A DNA stretch of 26,065 nt from an uncultured bacterium (GTDB taxonomy: Bacteria > Poribacteria > DTPJ01): assembly GCA_964564735.1 (NCBI GenBank), contig CAZMCH010000060.1:1-26065 (forward strand). Direction: 5' to 3'. A program made the position numbers and the translations under genes. This document shows, piece after piece, positions 17,700-26,065 of the stretch. Under the pieces are notes generated by a model. The model was not told the DNA's origin. It was given only the letters and a program-made list of their open reading frames with translations, and did no database searches. Position 1 is the stretch's first letter; each line of letters starts with the position of its first letter.

Positions 17700-18245
17700 T
17701 TAAAAATAGATATGTCCACCAGCACCAAAAAGGAATGATGCAGTGGTTCTTGAGTTTTGGTTTTCTTCAATTTTGCCAAATCCCTGACCGAATTCAGTAT
17801 TAAAACCTATTTGAGTGCCAAAAACATTAAAAGCGATCTCAATTCCAAATGTCAAACCACTACCATAAGTTGTTTTTTTTGTGATGGTTTCATGGGATAT
17901 TTGCTCTTCTGGCAACCATATCCAATTTGGGAATTTTTCATAACGAAGACCGCCTTCTAATGATATATATAGTCTTGTTATCGCCCTTCCTTTATGCTCA
18001 AATACTGCATAGGATATACCAGAACCTATCATATTATCTTTATCGTTTCCATTCCAGATAGATCGACCAACAGCCTGAAAATATATTGGCGATAATCCAT
18101 AATAACGAACACTAATCCCCCCCCAAAGAGGATAATTAGCCTGAAGACCGATCCCCCAATTTCTTTCTTTATTAGCTTCATCAGCAAGAGATGGAAAAAC
18201 GATCACTATACTCATAATAACCGTGATTAAAATTATGATTTTCAT
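17700..18245 (-). CDS. Small outer-membrane beta-barrel protein (OmpW-like or 8-strand OMP_b-brl type)
   Basis: Signal peptide is MKIIILITVIMSIVIVFPSLA. The 181-aa protein alternates hydrophobic and aromatic residues and ends in a ...GGHIYF C-terminal Phe. Confidence 0.5.
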   Translation of the reverse strand: MKIIILITVIMSIVIVFPSLADEANKERNWGIGLQANYPLWGGISVRYYGLSPIYFQAVGRSIWNGNDKDNMIGSGISYAVFEHKGRAITRLYISLEGGLRYEKFPNWIWLPEEQISHETITKKTTYGSGLTFGIEIAFNVFGTQIGFNTEFGQGFGKIEENQNSRTTASFLFGAGGHIYF

Positions 18246-18263
18246 TATTTTTCTTCCTTATTG

Positions 18264-19250
18264 CTAAAATTTCACAGATGTTGATATGCGATGCGTATTG
18301 CCTAGATCATCATGCCCTATAAATGCGTAGTCAACTTGAAATGCTGAAAGCCTTAATCCTGCGCCTGCCGATAACTCATCAACATTCATTCCAATTCTAA
18401 CAGCAAGCACATTTAATAGCCACCACTCAACGCCATAGCGCATCTCAGTTCCGTATTGTGTATCAAGGCTCCAAGATAAAGTTAAGTCGCTTTTTAATGC
18501 TTGTATTGGCTTTGAATATGCGGCGCCAAATTTTATGCTCATAGGTATTATGTCTTCATGCTTAGACATGGAATCCCATTTGAGTTTTGTTTTAGTCAAA
18601 TCTTGAAGATTAACCCCTACTTTTAAGCTATCAAAAATCTGGTAAATTGCGCCTAAATCGAAACCGATACCTGTTGATATATTACTCGCAAGGCTTTGCT
18701 TGATGTATTTTATATTTACGCCTGCTGAAAATTCATCACTAAGCTTAAGCCCATAGGTAAAAAATATGCCATCTTCAATATCATCAAAAGAACCAACTTG
18801 TATTGGATGCTCAATATATAATTCTCCAGGGTCTTTTATCCCATTTTCGTTTTTATCATCAAAATCCTGCACATTGTTTTGGTTAATGTCTTTATATCCC
18901 GTTTTGGGTATATCTTCAACGCCAAGCCTTAGCCAGCTTATTCCAAATGACCCCCATTTAGTTTCTGGATGAACATAGCTGATGAAGTTAGTCTTAATAA
19001 GACTATTGAATTGTTGGCAATACATAAATGATAGCTCTTTTGATTTCAGGTTTGGTAATCCACCGGGGCTCCAATATGTTGTTGTTCCGTCATCTGCAAC
19101 TGCGACAAACGCCCCGCCCATACCTAATGCACGCGCACCAGCACCAATATTTAGGAATTCCCCAGCGTATTTATATTCATCACCAGCAAAAGCTGATATG
19201 GTAAATAAAAGTAAAAAGCAGGTAAAATAAAATAATAAAATTCTTTTCAT
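18264..19250 (-). CDS. FadL/TodX-like outer-membrane beta-barrel channel, paralogous in its hatch region to 14482-15684
   Basis: Signal peptide is MKRILLFYFTCFLLLFTISAFA. The hatch motif is GARALGMGGAFVAVADDGTTTYWSPGGL. The C-terminus is ...ISTSVKF. Its start overlaps the upstream gene's stop by 4 bp (ATGA). Confidence 0.6.
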   Translation of the reverse strand: MKRILLFYFTCFLLLFTISAFAGDEYKYAGEFLNIGAGARALGMGGAFVAVADDGTTTYWSPGGLPNLKSKELSFMYCQQFNSLIKTNFISYVHPETKWGSFGISWLRLGVEDIPKTGYKDINQNNVQDFDDKNENGIKDPGELYIEHPIQVGSFDDIEDGIFFTYGLKLSDEFSAGVNIKYIKQSLASNISTGIGFDLGAIYQIFDSLKVGVNLQDLTKTKLKWDSMSKHEDIIPMSIKFGAAYSKPIQALKSDLTLSWSLDTQYGTEMRYGVEWWLLNVLAVRIGMNVDELSAGAGLRLSAFQVDYAFIGHDDLGNTHRISTSVKF

Positions 19251-19999
19251 CTCCCTTTTGCTAACCTTTCTGCAAGGAATTCATCAAGTCCTGCCCTAAT
19301 GATTTTATCTTGTGCGGATTGTATATCATATTTAATGCGAAATTGCGATAATTTCATTTCGTCTGTGTCAAAAATTACAAAGCTAGATTTTGGAATTCTG
19401 TCTCTTGGTTGTCCAACCGATCCGGGATTTATTAGGTATCTCTTGCCTTTTTGTAAATAATATTCTAATTTGCCTGACTGATCCTCAAACGATTCAAGTC
19501 CGATTTCTGCTTCTTGCTCATCATAGAACCATATAACTGGCAAATGTGTATGCCCATAAAATAAAATGTCTGACTTTGATTCATTAAAAGCCCTTAAAGC
19601 ATCGCCATAATTGAATATGTAATATTCCTCATCATAGTTTGCACCGTGCATAATATCAAATATGCCATCTACATTCAGCGGTCCCTTTGGCAATTCAGCG
19701 ATAAATTTTTTATTATCATTTGTTAATATATCTCTCGTCCAAAGATCAGCCTCAAGGGCGATTGCATTAAAATCACGTCCATCGGATAAACCACCCGCAA
19801 CCTTATCGTGATTCCCACGTATAGCAATTAGCGGAGATTTATTCTTCATAATATCAACGACTTCATTAGGGCTTGCGCAATAGCCAACAAAATCGCCAAG
19901 AACCACATATTTATCAATTCTGACTGAAAGGGTTTCCAGCAAAACAGCTTGAAGCGCTTCAAGATTTGAATGTATATCACTTAATATTAAGTATTTCAT
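19247..19999 (-). CDS. Metallophosphoesterase (calcineurin-like, YfcE/MPP superfamily)
   Basis: The MPP motifs are MKYLILSDIHSN, VVLGDFVGY and IRGNHD. The gene has 4-bp overlaps with both neighbours. Confidence 0.8.
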   Translation of the reverse strand: MKYLILSDIHSNLEALQAVLLETLSVRIDKYVVLGDFVGYCASPNEVVDIMKNKSPLIAIRGNHDKVAGGLSDGRDFNAIALEADLWTRDILTNDNKKFIAELPKGPLNVDGIFDIMHGANYDEEYYIFNYGDALRAFNESKSDILFYGHTHLPVIWFYDEQEAEIGLESFEDQSGKLEYYLQKGKRYLINPGSVGQPRDRIPKSSFVIFDTDEMKLSQFRIKYDIQSAQDKIIRAGLDEFLAERLAKGR

Positions 20000-20331
20000 A
20001 ATGGCGACCTTTTTCCTATTTCATGGGCATGTTCTTTGACAATTTCTCTTGGACATAGACGTATAAAAATCCAGATGCTAGGTATCATAAAGATCAAAAC
20101 AACTGTAAGATCGTCTAATTGTCCAATAAATGCTATAAGGTCAGGAAGCATATCAAAAGGGAAAAAGATATAAGACAGACTCAGTATTGCGCCGATAACT
20201 GGAATTGATTTTGTATAAAAAGGTATCCTGCTATCACGAAAAAGCTTCCAAAATAGCCTCATGAAGTTTGGTATGTAGTATATTATTCTAAATAATCTGT
20301 TGGGCTGATTTTGCCCAAAATATCCATACAT
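19996..20331 (-). CDS. DUF1232 (YkvA-like) small membrane protein
   Basis: The DUF1232 signature is FDMLPDLIAFIGQLDDLTVV (family consensus P.DLIPDFIP..G..DD). The start is revised to the ATG at 20331, which has a TAGGTG RBS 6 nt upstream. The track's GTG at 20340 overlaps that RBS. Confidence 0.55.
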   Translation of the reverse strand: MYGYFGQNQPNRLFRIIYYIPNFMRLFWKLFRDSRIPFYTKSIPVIGAILSLSYIFFPFDMLPDLIAFIGQLDDLTVVLIFMIPSIWIFIRLCPREIVKEHAHEIGKRSPL

Positions 20332-20385
20332 GGTAAGCACCTAATATGTAAAACGAGATGAGTCATAAGTAATGCGTTTTACTTT

Positions 20386-20413
20386 ATTATACCTTGTTTT
20401 TTACGTTTCACAA
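20386..20413 (-). promoter_or_regulatory. Candidate sigma70 promoter for the DUF1232-to-FadL-like transcript
   Basis: On the minus strand there is TTGTGA, a 16-nt spacer, then a perfect TATAAT. It sits in the only sizeable gap (104 bp) of the minus-strand gene array, about 45 nt upstream of the DUF1232 start. Confidence 0.3.
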
Positions 20414-20444
20414 ATTACATTTTACGCATTTTCTATTTCTAGTA

Positions 20445-21260
20445 TCAGTCACTTTTCTTTTTATCCATTATATCTAACAAGGGTTTAATAATATCCATAG
20501 GCAATGGAAATATGACAGTTGAATTATTCTCAGCGGCAATCTCAACGAGAGTCTGCAAATATCTCAATTGTATTGCGGTTGGTTGTGTTGATAATACACC
20601 TGCTGCTTCTGCAAGTTTTTCTGATGCCTCTAATTCTCCGCTTGCATGAATGACTTTTGCTTCTCGTTCTCTTTCTGCTTCTGCTACTCTCGCCAAAGCT
20701 CGTATTAAAGTTTCTGTCAATTCTACATCTTTTATCTCAACAGCAGTAACCTGAACGCCCCAAGGCTCTGTCAGTCCATCAACGATTGTTTTTAATTCGG
20801 AGTTTATTTTATCTCTTTCAGAGAGCAATTCATCAAGTTTTGCCTGTCCAAGAACGCTTCTAAGTGTTGTTTGGGCGATTTGGTGAGTCGCTTTTAGGTA
20901 TTCCTCCACTTCTAAAAAAGCCTTTTTTGGGTCCATAACTTTAAAGTAAATAACCGCATTTACTTTAACAGAAACATTATCACGAGTGATTACTTCTTGA
21001 TCTGGAACATCCATAGTAACAACACGCAAGGGTATCTTTGTCATTCTGTCGATCCATGGAAGAATAGTCCTAAATCCCGGGTCTTTTACTTTATGAAATC
21101 TACCAAACCTTAGAACAACACCCCTCTCATATTCCTTGATCACCCTGACTGAATTAACAATAAGTATAATAACAACCACCGCAACAGGAATTATCCATAA
21201 CATAGATGAAAATCCTCCACCGCCTGTTTGTCCGACTGCTAACTGCCACGTTTCCCACAT
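20445..21260 (-). CDS. SPFH/band-7 (stomatin/prohibitin-like) membrane protein
   Basis: An N-terminal TM anchor is followed by the PHB domain VIKEYERGVVLRFGRFHKVKDPGFRTILPWIDRM...RDNVSVKVNAVIYFKV. The C-terminal tail is a coiled coil rich in alanine and glutamate. Confidence 0.85.
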   Translation of the reverse strand: MWETWQLAVGQTGGGGFSSMLWIIPVAVVVIILIVNSVRVIKEYERGVVLRFGRFHKVKDPGFRTILPWIDRMTKIPLRVVTMDVPDQEVITRDNVSVKVNAVIYFKVMDPKKAFLEVEEYLKATHQIAQTTLRSVLGQAKLDELLSERDKINSELKTIVDGLTEPWGVQVTAVEIKDVELTETLIRALARVAEAEREREAKVIHASGELEASEKLAEAAGVLSTQPTAIQLRYLQTLVEIAAENNSTVIFPLPMDIIKPLLDIMDKKKSD

Positions 21261-21279
21261 AATTAAACCTCCTAATTTA

Positions 21280-22530
21280 TTAGAGCCAATTTTTCTTTAT
21301 GAATATAACAGCGCCTATAAGCGACAATATTAGAGAACCACCAAAGATAATAGGGAAAGCATAAGGCGAATGTTGTAAAGGCAATTCAATATTCATACCA
21401 TAAATGCTTGCTATTAAAATAGGAATCGTTAATATAACTGTTAGCGAAGTTAGTACCTTCATGACAACATTAAGATTATTTGATATAATTGACGCAAAGG
21501 CATCCATCATTCCACTGAGTATATAACTATATATATTTGTCATCTCAATAGCCTGTCTATTTTCGATAATGACATCTTCTAACATATCTTTGTCTTCATC
21601 ACTAATATCAAGTAACTCAGTTCTTTTTAAACGTTCAAGAACAAGCTCATTGGATTTCAATGATGTTATGAAATATACAAGACTTTTTTCGTAATTAAGG
21701 AGCTTAATTAACTCCTTATTTCTCATAGACTTTAGCACTTCATTTTGTGCTATGGAAGTTTTTCGATTTATACTTTTGAGATAATCCATATATACTGTTG
21801 TTGCCCCTGAAAACATTTGCAGAATGAATTTAACTTTATTGACGGTTGATAATCCCTCTCTGCTTCTTCCGTCAGCGATAGCTTGCATAACATCGTTCTT
21901 TTTTGAGCATACAGTTATTATCATATTTTCTGCGAGAATTATTCCCAAGGGCAAAGTCGTATATTCAACGTCATCGTCCTCCTCAAAATGCGGAGTTCTT
22001 AAAATCACCAATACATTTTCATCCTCAACTTCGATTCGCGGTCTTTCATCTATGTCTAATGGGCTTCTGAGAAAATCTATTGGTATCTCAAGCTCATCAC
22101 TTACCCTTCTGATTTCATCTTCATCCGGAGCAACAATATGAACCCAACTATGTTCTTCATATTCTAGGTTATCAATTTGCTGAGGAATTCCTTCATGCTC
22201 TTCTTTCTCATTTTCATTTGATTCATCTTCTTCTAATTCCACTTCCTCCAAATCCGCCACTAGGTCTAAATCAGCTTGATCCTCAATAGCACCTAACACA
22301 GATAAAACATCTTCTGCATGTTCTGGCGTTAGTAGTTTTATAATTTTTTCACGTTCATCTGATTCCATATATCTTATAGCATGGGCAATTTCATGTATAG
22401 AAGCATCTTCGAGAGTTGCTTTAAGATTTGAACTGTCATCAAATATGGTTTCGGTTATTATTCTATCAATTATATTTTCACGATCATCATCTTGAAAATC
22501 TTCTCTGCTAGTATCCATAAAAGAAAACAA
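21280..22530 (-). CDS. corA: CorA-family Mg2+/divalent-cation channel with an N-terminal MgtE_N-like domain plus poly-acidic linker
   Basis: The C-terminus carries the CorA signature YGMNIELP followed by 2 TM helices. From about residue 130 it is collinear with the upstream CorA paralog (HSWVHIVAPDEDEIRRVSDELEIPIDFLRSPLDIDERPRIEVEDENVLVILRTPHF). Residues 40-90 read IHEIAHAIRYMESDEREKIIKLLTPEHAEDVLSVL, which is MgtE_N-like. An acidic stretch follows, EEVELEEDESNENEKEEHEG. The start is either the TTG at 22530 or the ATG at 22518. Confidence 0.8.
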   Translation of the reverse strand: MFSFMDTSREDFQDDDRENIIDRIITETIFDDSSNLKATLEDASIHEIAHAIRYMESDEREKIIKLLTPEHAEDVLSVLGAIEDQADLDLVADLEEVELEEDESNENEKEEHEGIPQQIDNLEYEEHSWVHIVAPDEDEIRRVSDELEIPIDFLRSPLDIDERPRIEVEDENVLVILRTPHFEEDDDVEYTTLPLGIILAENMIITVCSKKNDVMQAIADGRSREGLSTVNKVKFILQMFSGATTVYMDYLKSINRKTSIAQNEVLKSMRNKELIKLLNYEKSLVYFITSLKSNELVLERLKRTELLDISDEDKDMLEDVIIENRQAIEMTNIYSYILSGMMDAFASIISNNLNVVMKVLTSLTVILTIPILIASIYGMNIELPLQHSPYAFPIIFGGSLILSLIGAVIFIKKNWL

Positions 22531-22563
22531 CCCCTTGAATAAATATAAACAAAAAAATAATCA

Positions 22564-23493
22564 TCAAAACCATTTGCGCCTGATAAATATCAAAGCACCA
22601 AGCACAGATAAGAGAATTGATATACCCATTGTTAAGCCAAAAGCATAAGATTCCTCCTGAAATGGCAGTTTGATATTCATTCCATATACGCTAGCAATCA
22701 ATGTTGGTAATGTCAAAAGTATTGTTACTGACGTTAGAAACTTCATTACGACATTTAGATTATTAGATATAACAGATGCAAAAGCATCCATCATTCCACT
22801 TAATATATTGCTATATATGTTAGCCATTTCAATAGCCTGCTTATTTTCAATTATGACATCCTCAAGTATCTCTCGATCTTCTGGAAACATCTTAAATAAT
22901 TCGGTTCTTTGCAATCTTTCCATGACTAATTCATTGGCTCTTAATGATGTAGTAAAGTAAACTAGACTTTTTTCAAAATTTAAAAGATCAATAAGTTCCT
23001 CATTTTTCATTGATTTCTGGAGTTTGTCTTCTACTTGTGAAGTGATCTTGTTTATTCGCCTAAGATAACCGAGATATATTAAGGCTGTTCGTGAAAAAAT
23101 CTGGAGAATAAACCTGCTTCTTTTTCTTGTTGACATTCCACGTATCAAGCCTTTTGAAAATGCTTGAAGCACTGCATTTTCCATTGAACTTACAGTAACA
23201 ATCGTATCTTCAGTATAAATGATTCCTAGCGGAACTGTTGTATATTGTATATCTTCGTCTTCGTCAAAATGAGGCGTTCTTATAATAACCAAAACAACAC
23301 CTTCATCAACCTCTATTCTTGGCTGTTCGTCAATATCTAATGGGCTTTTCAGAAAGTCAGGATGTATGCCTAGTCTTTGACTAATTTCTTTTATATCATC
23401 TTCGCTTGGAGATATAATATTGATCCAGCAATCTTTCTCGTATTCCTGTATCATATTGAGAGATGTGCCTGAAGTAATGAGAATTTCAACCAA
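22564..23493 (-). CDS. corA: CorA-family Mg2+/divalent-cation channel (canonical length)
   Basis: The GMN motif is YGMNIKLP, followed by 2 C-terminal TM helices. The N-terminal cytoplasmic domain is homologous to the paralog. A TTG start follows a GGGAGGGGG RBS. Confidence 0.8.
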   Translation of the reverse strand: MVEILITSGTSLNMIQEYEKDCWINIISPSEDDIKEISQRLGIHPDFLKSPLDIDEQPRIEVDEGVVLVIIRTPHFDEDEDIQYTTVPLGIIYTEDTIVTVSSMENAVLQAFSKGLIRGMSTRKRSRFILQIFSRTALIYLGYLRRINKITSQVEDKLQKSMKNEELIDLLNFEKSLVYFTTSLRANELVMERLQRTELFKMFPEDREILEDVIIENKQAIEMANIYSNILSGMMDAFASVISNNLNVVMKFLTSVTILLTLPTLIASVYGMNIKLPFQEESYAFGLTMGISILLSVLGALIFIRRKWF

Positions 23494-23918
23494 AGGTGCC
23501 CCCTCCCTTCTGCTTTTTTATAAAAAAAACAAAATAATTAGCGCAAGAAATTGGTATTTTTTCTATGATGGAGTTTTACTGTCCTGAGGGTTAAAAAATA
23601 TACTATAAAAAGATATATAGAAAGACATTTTGACACAATAACAGGATAGAAGAATATTTTTGTTTGTGTCGCATAATTCCACCCTAGATAATATACCATT
23701 CAAATAAATAGTTGTCAATGGCAGAATTCATAAAACATGATGTCTATGATATGCAAGAGGATTTAAAAAAGACGTAGAGGAATATAATGATGCAGTTAAT
23801 AGAGATGAGCCTATAATCATTGGAAGAAAACTGATTAAATGTGTAGTAAAAACAGCAATTTCTCTGGAATTAAACGCATAAAGACAATTATTTCAGATAA
23901 AAGCTAAAAAATTTGAGA

Positions 23919-23994
<76 letters not shown>

Positions 23995-24070
23995 GACACA
24001 ATTTATATTTTAGACTATATATAACATATTGTCAATAGAAAATTTTGGAAAAGCGCATAGTCCATATACA

Positions 24071-24868
24071 TTATCTAGCCAAATAGCCTCCATCAACAGC
24101 CAAAACATGACCAGTAACCATAGAAGAAGCGTCAGAAGCAAGAAAAACAGTGGGACCAACATATTCCTCTGGATCAGCAAAACGCCTTAAAGGTATTTGG
24201 GAAAGTAAATGCTCACCAAGAGGCTTGCCATCATATAATTCACCATCTCTTTCAGACTGGCTAATCCATTTCAACAAACCTTCTGTAGCAACTTGGCAGG
24301 GAGCAATAGCATTAACTCTAACATTATAAATTCCCCATTCAATTGCTAATTCACGTGTTAATCCAATAAGACCATGTTTTGATGAACAATAGGCAGACTG
24401 CCCTCGCCCAAGCGCAACCATTCCTGCAATAGAACTCATAAAGATAATACTGCCTTTCTTTTGTTCTAACATGCAACGACCAAATGCCTGAGCGCACCGA
24501 AACGCACCAGTAAGATTTACAGCCATAAGTGCTTCCCAATCCGATATATTTACATCAACCGCTTCTGTATGAAATGAATAACCGGGAACATTAACCAAAA
24601 TATCAACATGCCCAAAATTATCCAAAGTTTGTTTTACTGCATTATCAACATCTGATTGTGATGTAATATCACAAGACACCTCAATTGCTTTTTTGCCATA
24701 AGATTCTATCTTTTCTATTGTTGATGGCACTCTGTCCCTGTTTCTATGGCTTGCAACAACAATATCTGCACCGAAAGAAGCTAGCCCAATAGCGATCACA
24801 CTTCCCATTGCACCACCAGCACCAGTTACTACTGCAACACGACCACTTAAATCAAAAGGATTTTGCAT
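24071..24868 (-). CDS. Short-chain dehydrogenase/reductase (SDR) family oxidoreductase
   Basis: The cofactor motif is VAVVTGAGGAMGSVIA. The catalytic YxxxK is YCSSKHGLIGLTRELAIEW. An AGGAGA RBS lies upstream. Confidence 0.85.
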   Translation of the reverse strand: MQNPFDLSGRVAVVTGAGGAMGSVIAIGLASFGADIVVASHRNRDRVPSTIEKIESYGKKAIEVSCDITSQSDVDNAVKQTLDNFGHVDILVNVPGYSFHTEAVDVNISDWEALMAVNLTGAFRCAQAFGRCMLEQKKGSIIFMSSIAGMVALGRGQSAYCSSKHGLIGLTRELAIEWGIYNVRVNAIAPCQVATEGLLKWISQSERDGELYDGKPLGEHLLSQIPLRRFADPEEYVGPTVFLASDASSMVTGHVLAVDGGYLAR

Positions 24869-25012
24869 TATAGGTATCTCCTTTAATTATTTATTATTTT
24901 CCCCAGAGTTTATTATTAATAATATGTCATCTTTTGGTTTAATACAATACAAATTTCTTCTTGATATTTTATTTCAGATAAAAAAATTATACTTAATTTA
25001 AATTAATTAATC

Positions 25013-25041
25013 TTGTTATAAAAGCCTATTATTGTTATAAT
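25013..25041 (+). promoter_or_regulatory. Candidate sigma70 promoter for the esterase gene
   Basis: TTGTTA, a 17-nt spacer, then a perfect TATAAT at 25036-25041. The esterase ATG at 25081 is preceded by a GAGGT RBS. The region is very AT-rich, so specificity is limited. Confidence 0.35.
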
Positions 25042-25080
25042 ATATTATCTAGTGAGGACTTACAGGTTTGAGGTATAAAT

Positions 25081-26065
25081 TATGTATAAACCAGAATTGT
25101 CATTGCAAAATGAGGTTATTTTAGCATGTCGGGAATCTCTTGCCAAAGGTGCAGAAAGACGAAAAAGTATTAAGACAAAATCAGACTGGCAATTATGGCA
25201 AAAAGAAATTAAAGACGTAATCAAGTCATCTTTTCCAGATGTGATGTTTGAGCGTCCAAAAGAGCTAAATACAAAGATAGTATCAAAACATGAATTTGAC
25301 GATTTTAGAATAGAAAATGTCTTATTTGAATCTCTACAAGGCTGGCAAGTAAATGGAAGCGTATATTTACCAAAGAATAATGGCGTTTATCCGGGTATTG
25401 TTTGCCCAACAGGACATAGCAACAAATTAGGCGAAAGCTATCAAAAACCAGCACAAGTATTTGCACGCAACGGCTATATTGCTATTTCATTTGATCCGCC
25501 GGGCTGTGCAGGCGAAATTTCCCATCTTAACGATCATTTTACAAATGGCTTGATCGGCTATCTGACAGGTTTCTGGTCGCAGACGCATTTTGTTATTGAC
25601 GCTATAAGGTGCATTGATTACCTGCTAACAAGGCATGATGTTGATCAAAATACTGGAATAACCGTTACTGGTGTTTCTGGCGGAGGCGTTACTAGCTTTT
25701 TTACTGCTTTGTTAGATGAAAGAGTTGCCTTTACTGCTCCTGTTTGCTGTCTAAATGAGCATGAATTCCTGCATTTAACAGGTTTATATACTAGCTGTCC
25801 AGAGCAGTTTGGATTAGGTTATATCGCATCTGGGATTGATTATGTTGATTATATTTCAGCAATTGCACCAACACCATGTCTTGTTATGGGTGGAAAAAAT
25901 GACGAAGTTTTCGATTACAAATCAACTATTCGCATATTTGAGGATGTAAAAAAAATATACGAAATATCAGGTCATCCTAAAAACTGTGGTCTATTTATTG
26001 ATGAAAATAGCGGACATGCCTATACTGTTGATATGGCAAACGAGGCTGTAAAATGGATGAATAAG
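25081..26065 (+). CDS. Alpha/beta-hydrolase esterase (acetyl-xylan-esterase or dienelactone-hydrolase-like). The C-terminus is truncated by the window edge.
   Basis: This ORF is missing from the track because it has no stop in the window. It begins MYKPELSLQ... and contains the nucleophile elbow GVSGGG (GxSxG). Downstream Asp and His blocks are present (NDEVFD, SGHAY). Confidence 0.7.

Noticed and set aside
23700-23760. A small plus-strand ORF (MAEFIKHDVYDMQEDLKKT, 19 aa) lies in the tRNA-CorA intergenic region.
   Set aside because: It has no RBS and is very short, in AT-rich sequence. It is indistinguishable from chance.
23494-23918. An M-box (ykoK) Mg2+ riboswitch could lie in the long leader upstream of the CorA genes.
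   Set aside because: The region is extremely AT-rich with no evident GC-rich paired helices or conserved M-box core motifs on visual inspection. It is left as an open question requiring an Rfam scan and is not called.

Overview
This 26 kb window is AT-rich and comes from a diderm bacterium: genes have AGGAGG-type ribosome-binding sites, and the outer-membrane proteins end in a C-terminal Phe beta-signal. It holds about 27 protein genes, one tRNA and several non-coding elements. Genes run right to left on the minus strand at the left edge, then right on the plus strand through the middle, then left again along a long minus-strand array. At the left edge are the 5' part of secD and a DegT-family aminotransferase, both on the minus strand. 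A plus-strand carbohydrate and secreted-protein cluster follows: FAD-dependent oxidoreductase, two tandem secreted LamG-domain paralogs, a lone TldD metalloprotease, a xylose-isomerase-like sugar-phosphate isomerase/epimerase, a Zn alcohol dehydrogenase, a YeiH-like permease, a small YeaQ/YmgE-like membrane peptide interrupted by an in-frame TGA, a cupin, and a 965-aa TIM-barrel glycoside-hydrolase-like protein. A strong terminator closes this cluster. Ten tightly packed minus-strand genes follow: two tandem CorA Mg2+ channel paralogs (one carries an MgtE_N-like domain plus an acidic linker at its N-terminus), an SPFH/stomatin protein, a DUF1232 protein, a metallophosphoesterase, a FadL-like outer-membrane channel, a small 8-strand-type beta-barrel, a second Zn alcohol dehydrogenase, a URO-D-family enzyme and a second FadL-like channel. 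Upstream of that array sit a tRNA-Ala(GGC) and an SDR oxidoreductase. A truncated alpha/beta-hydrolase esterase runs off the right edge. The most unusual items are listed below. (1) A ~95-bp conserved element occurs twice in direct orientation, each copy in the 5' leader of a gene (the dehydrogenase and the permease). (2) The two CorA genes have an unusual architecture and are operon-linked to the SPFH gene. (3) A two-enzyme module is flanked by FadL channels. (4) Two LamG paralogs with a conserved C-terminal tail sit next to an orphan TldD. (5) A small membrane protein gene carries an in-frame stop.
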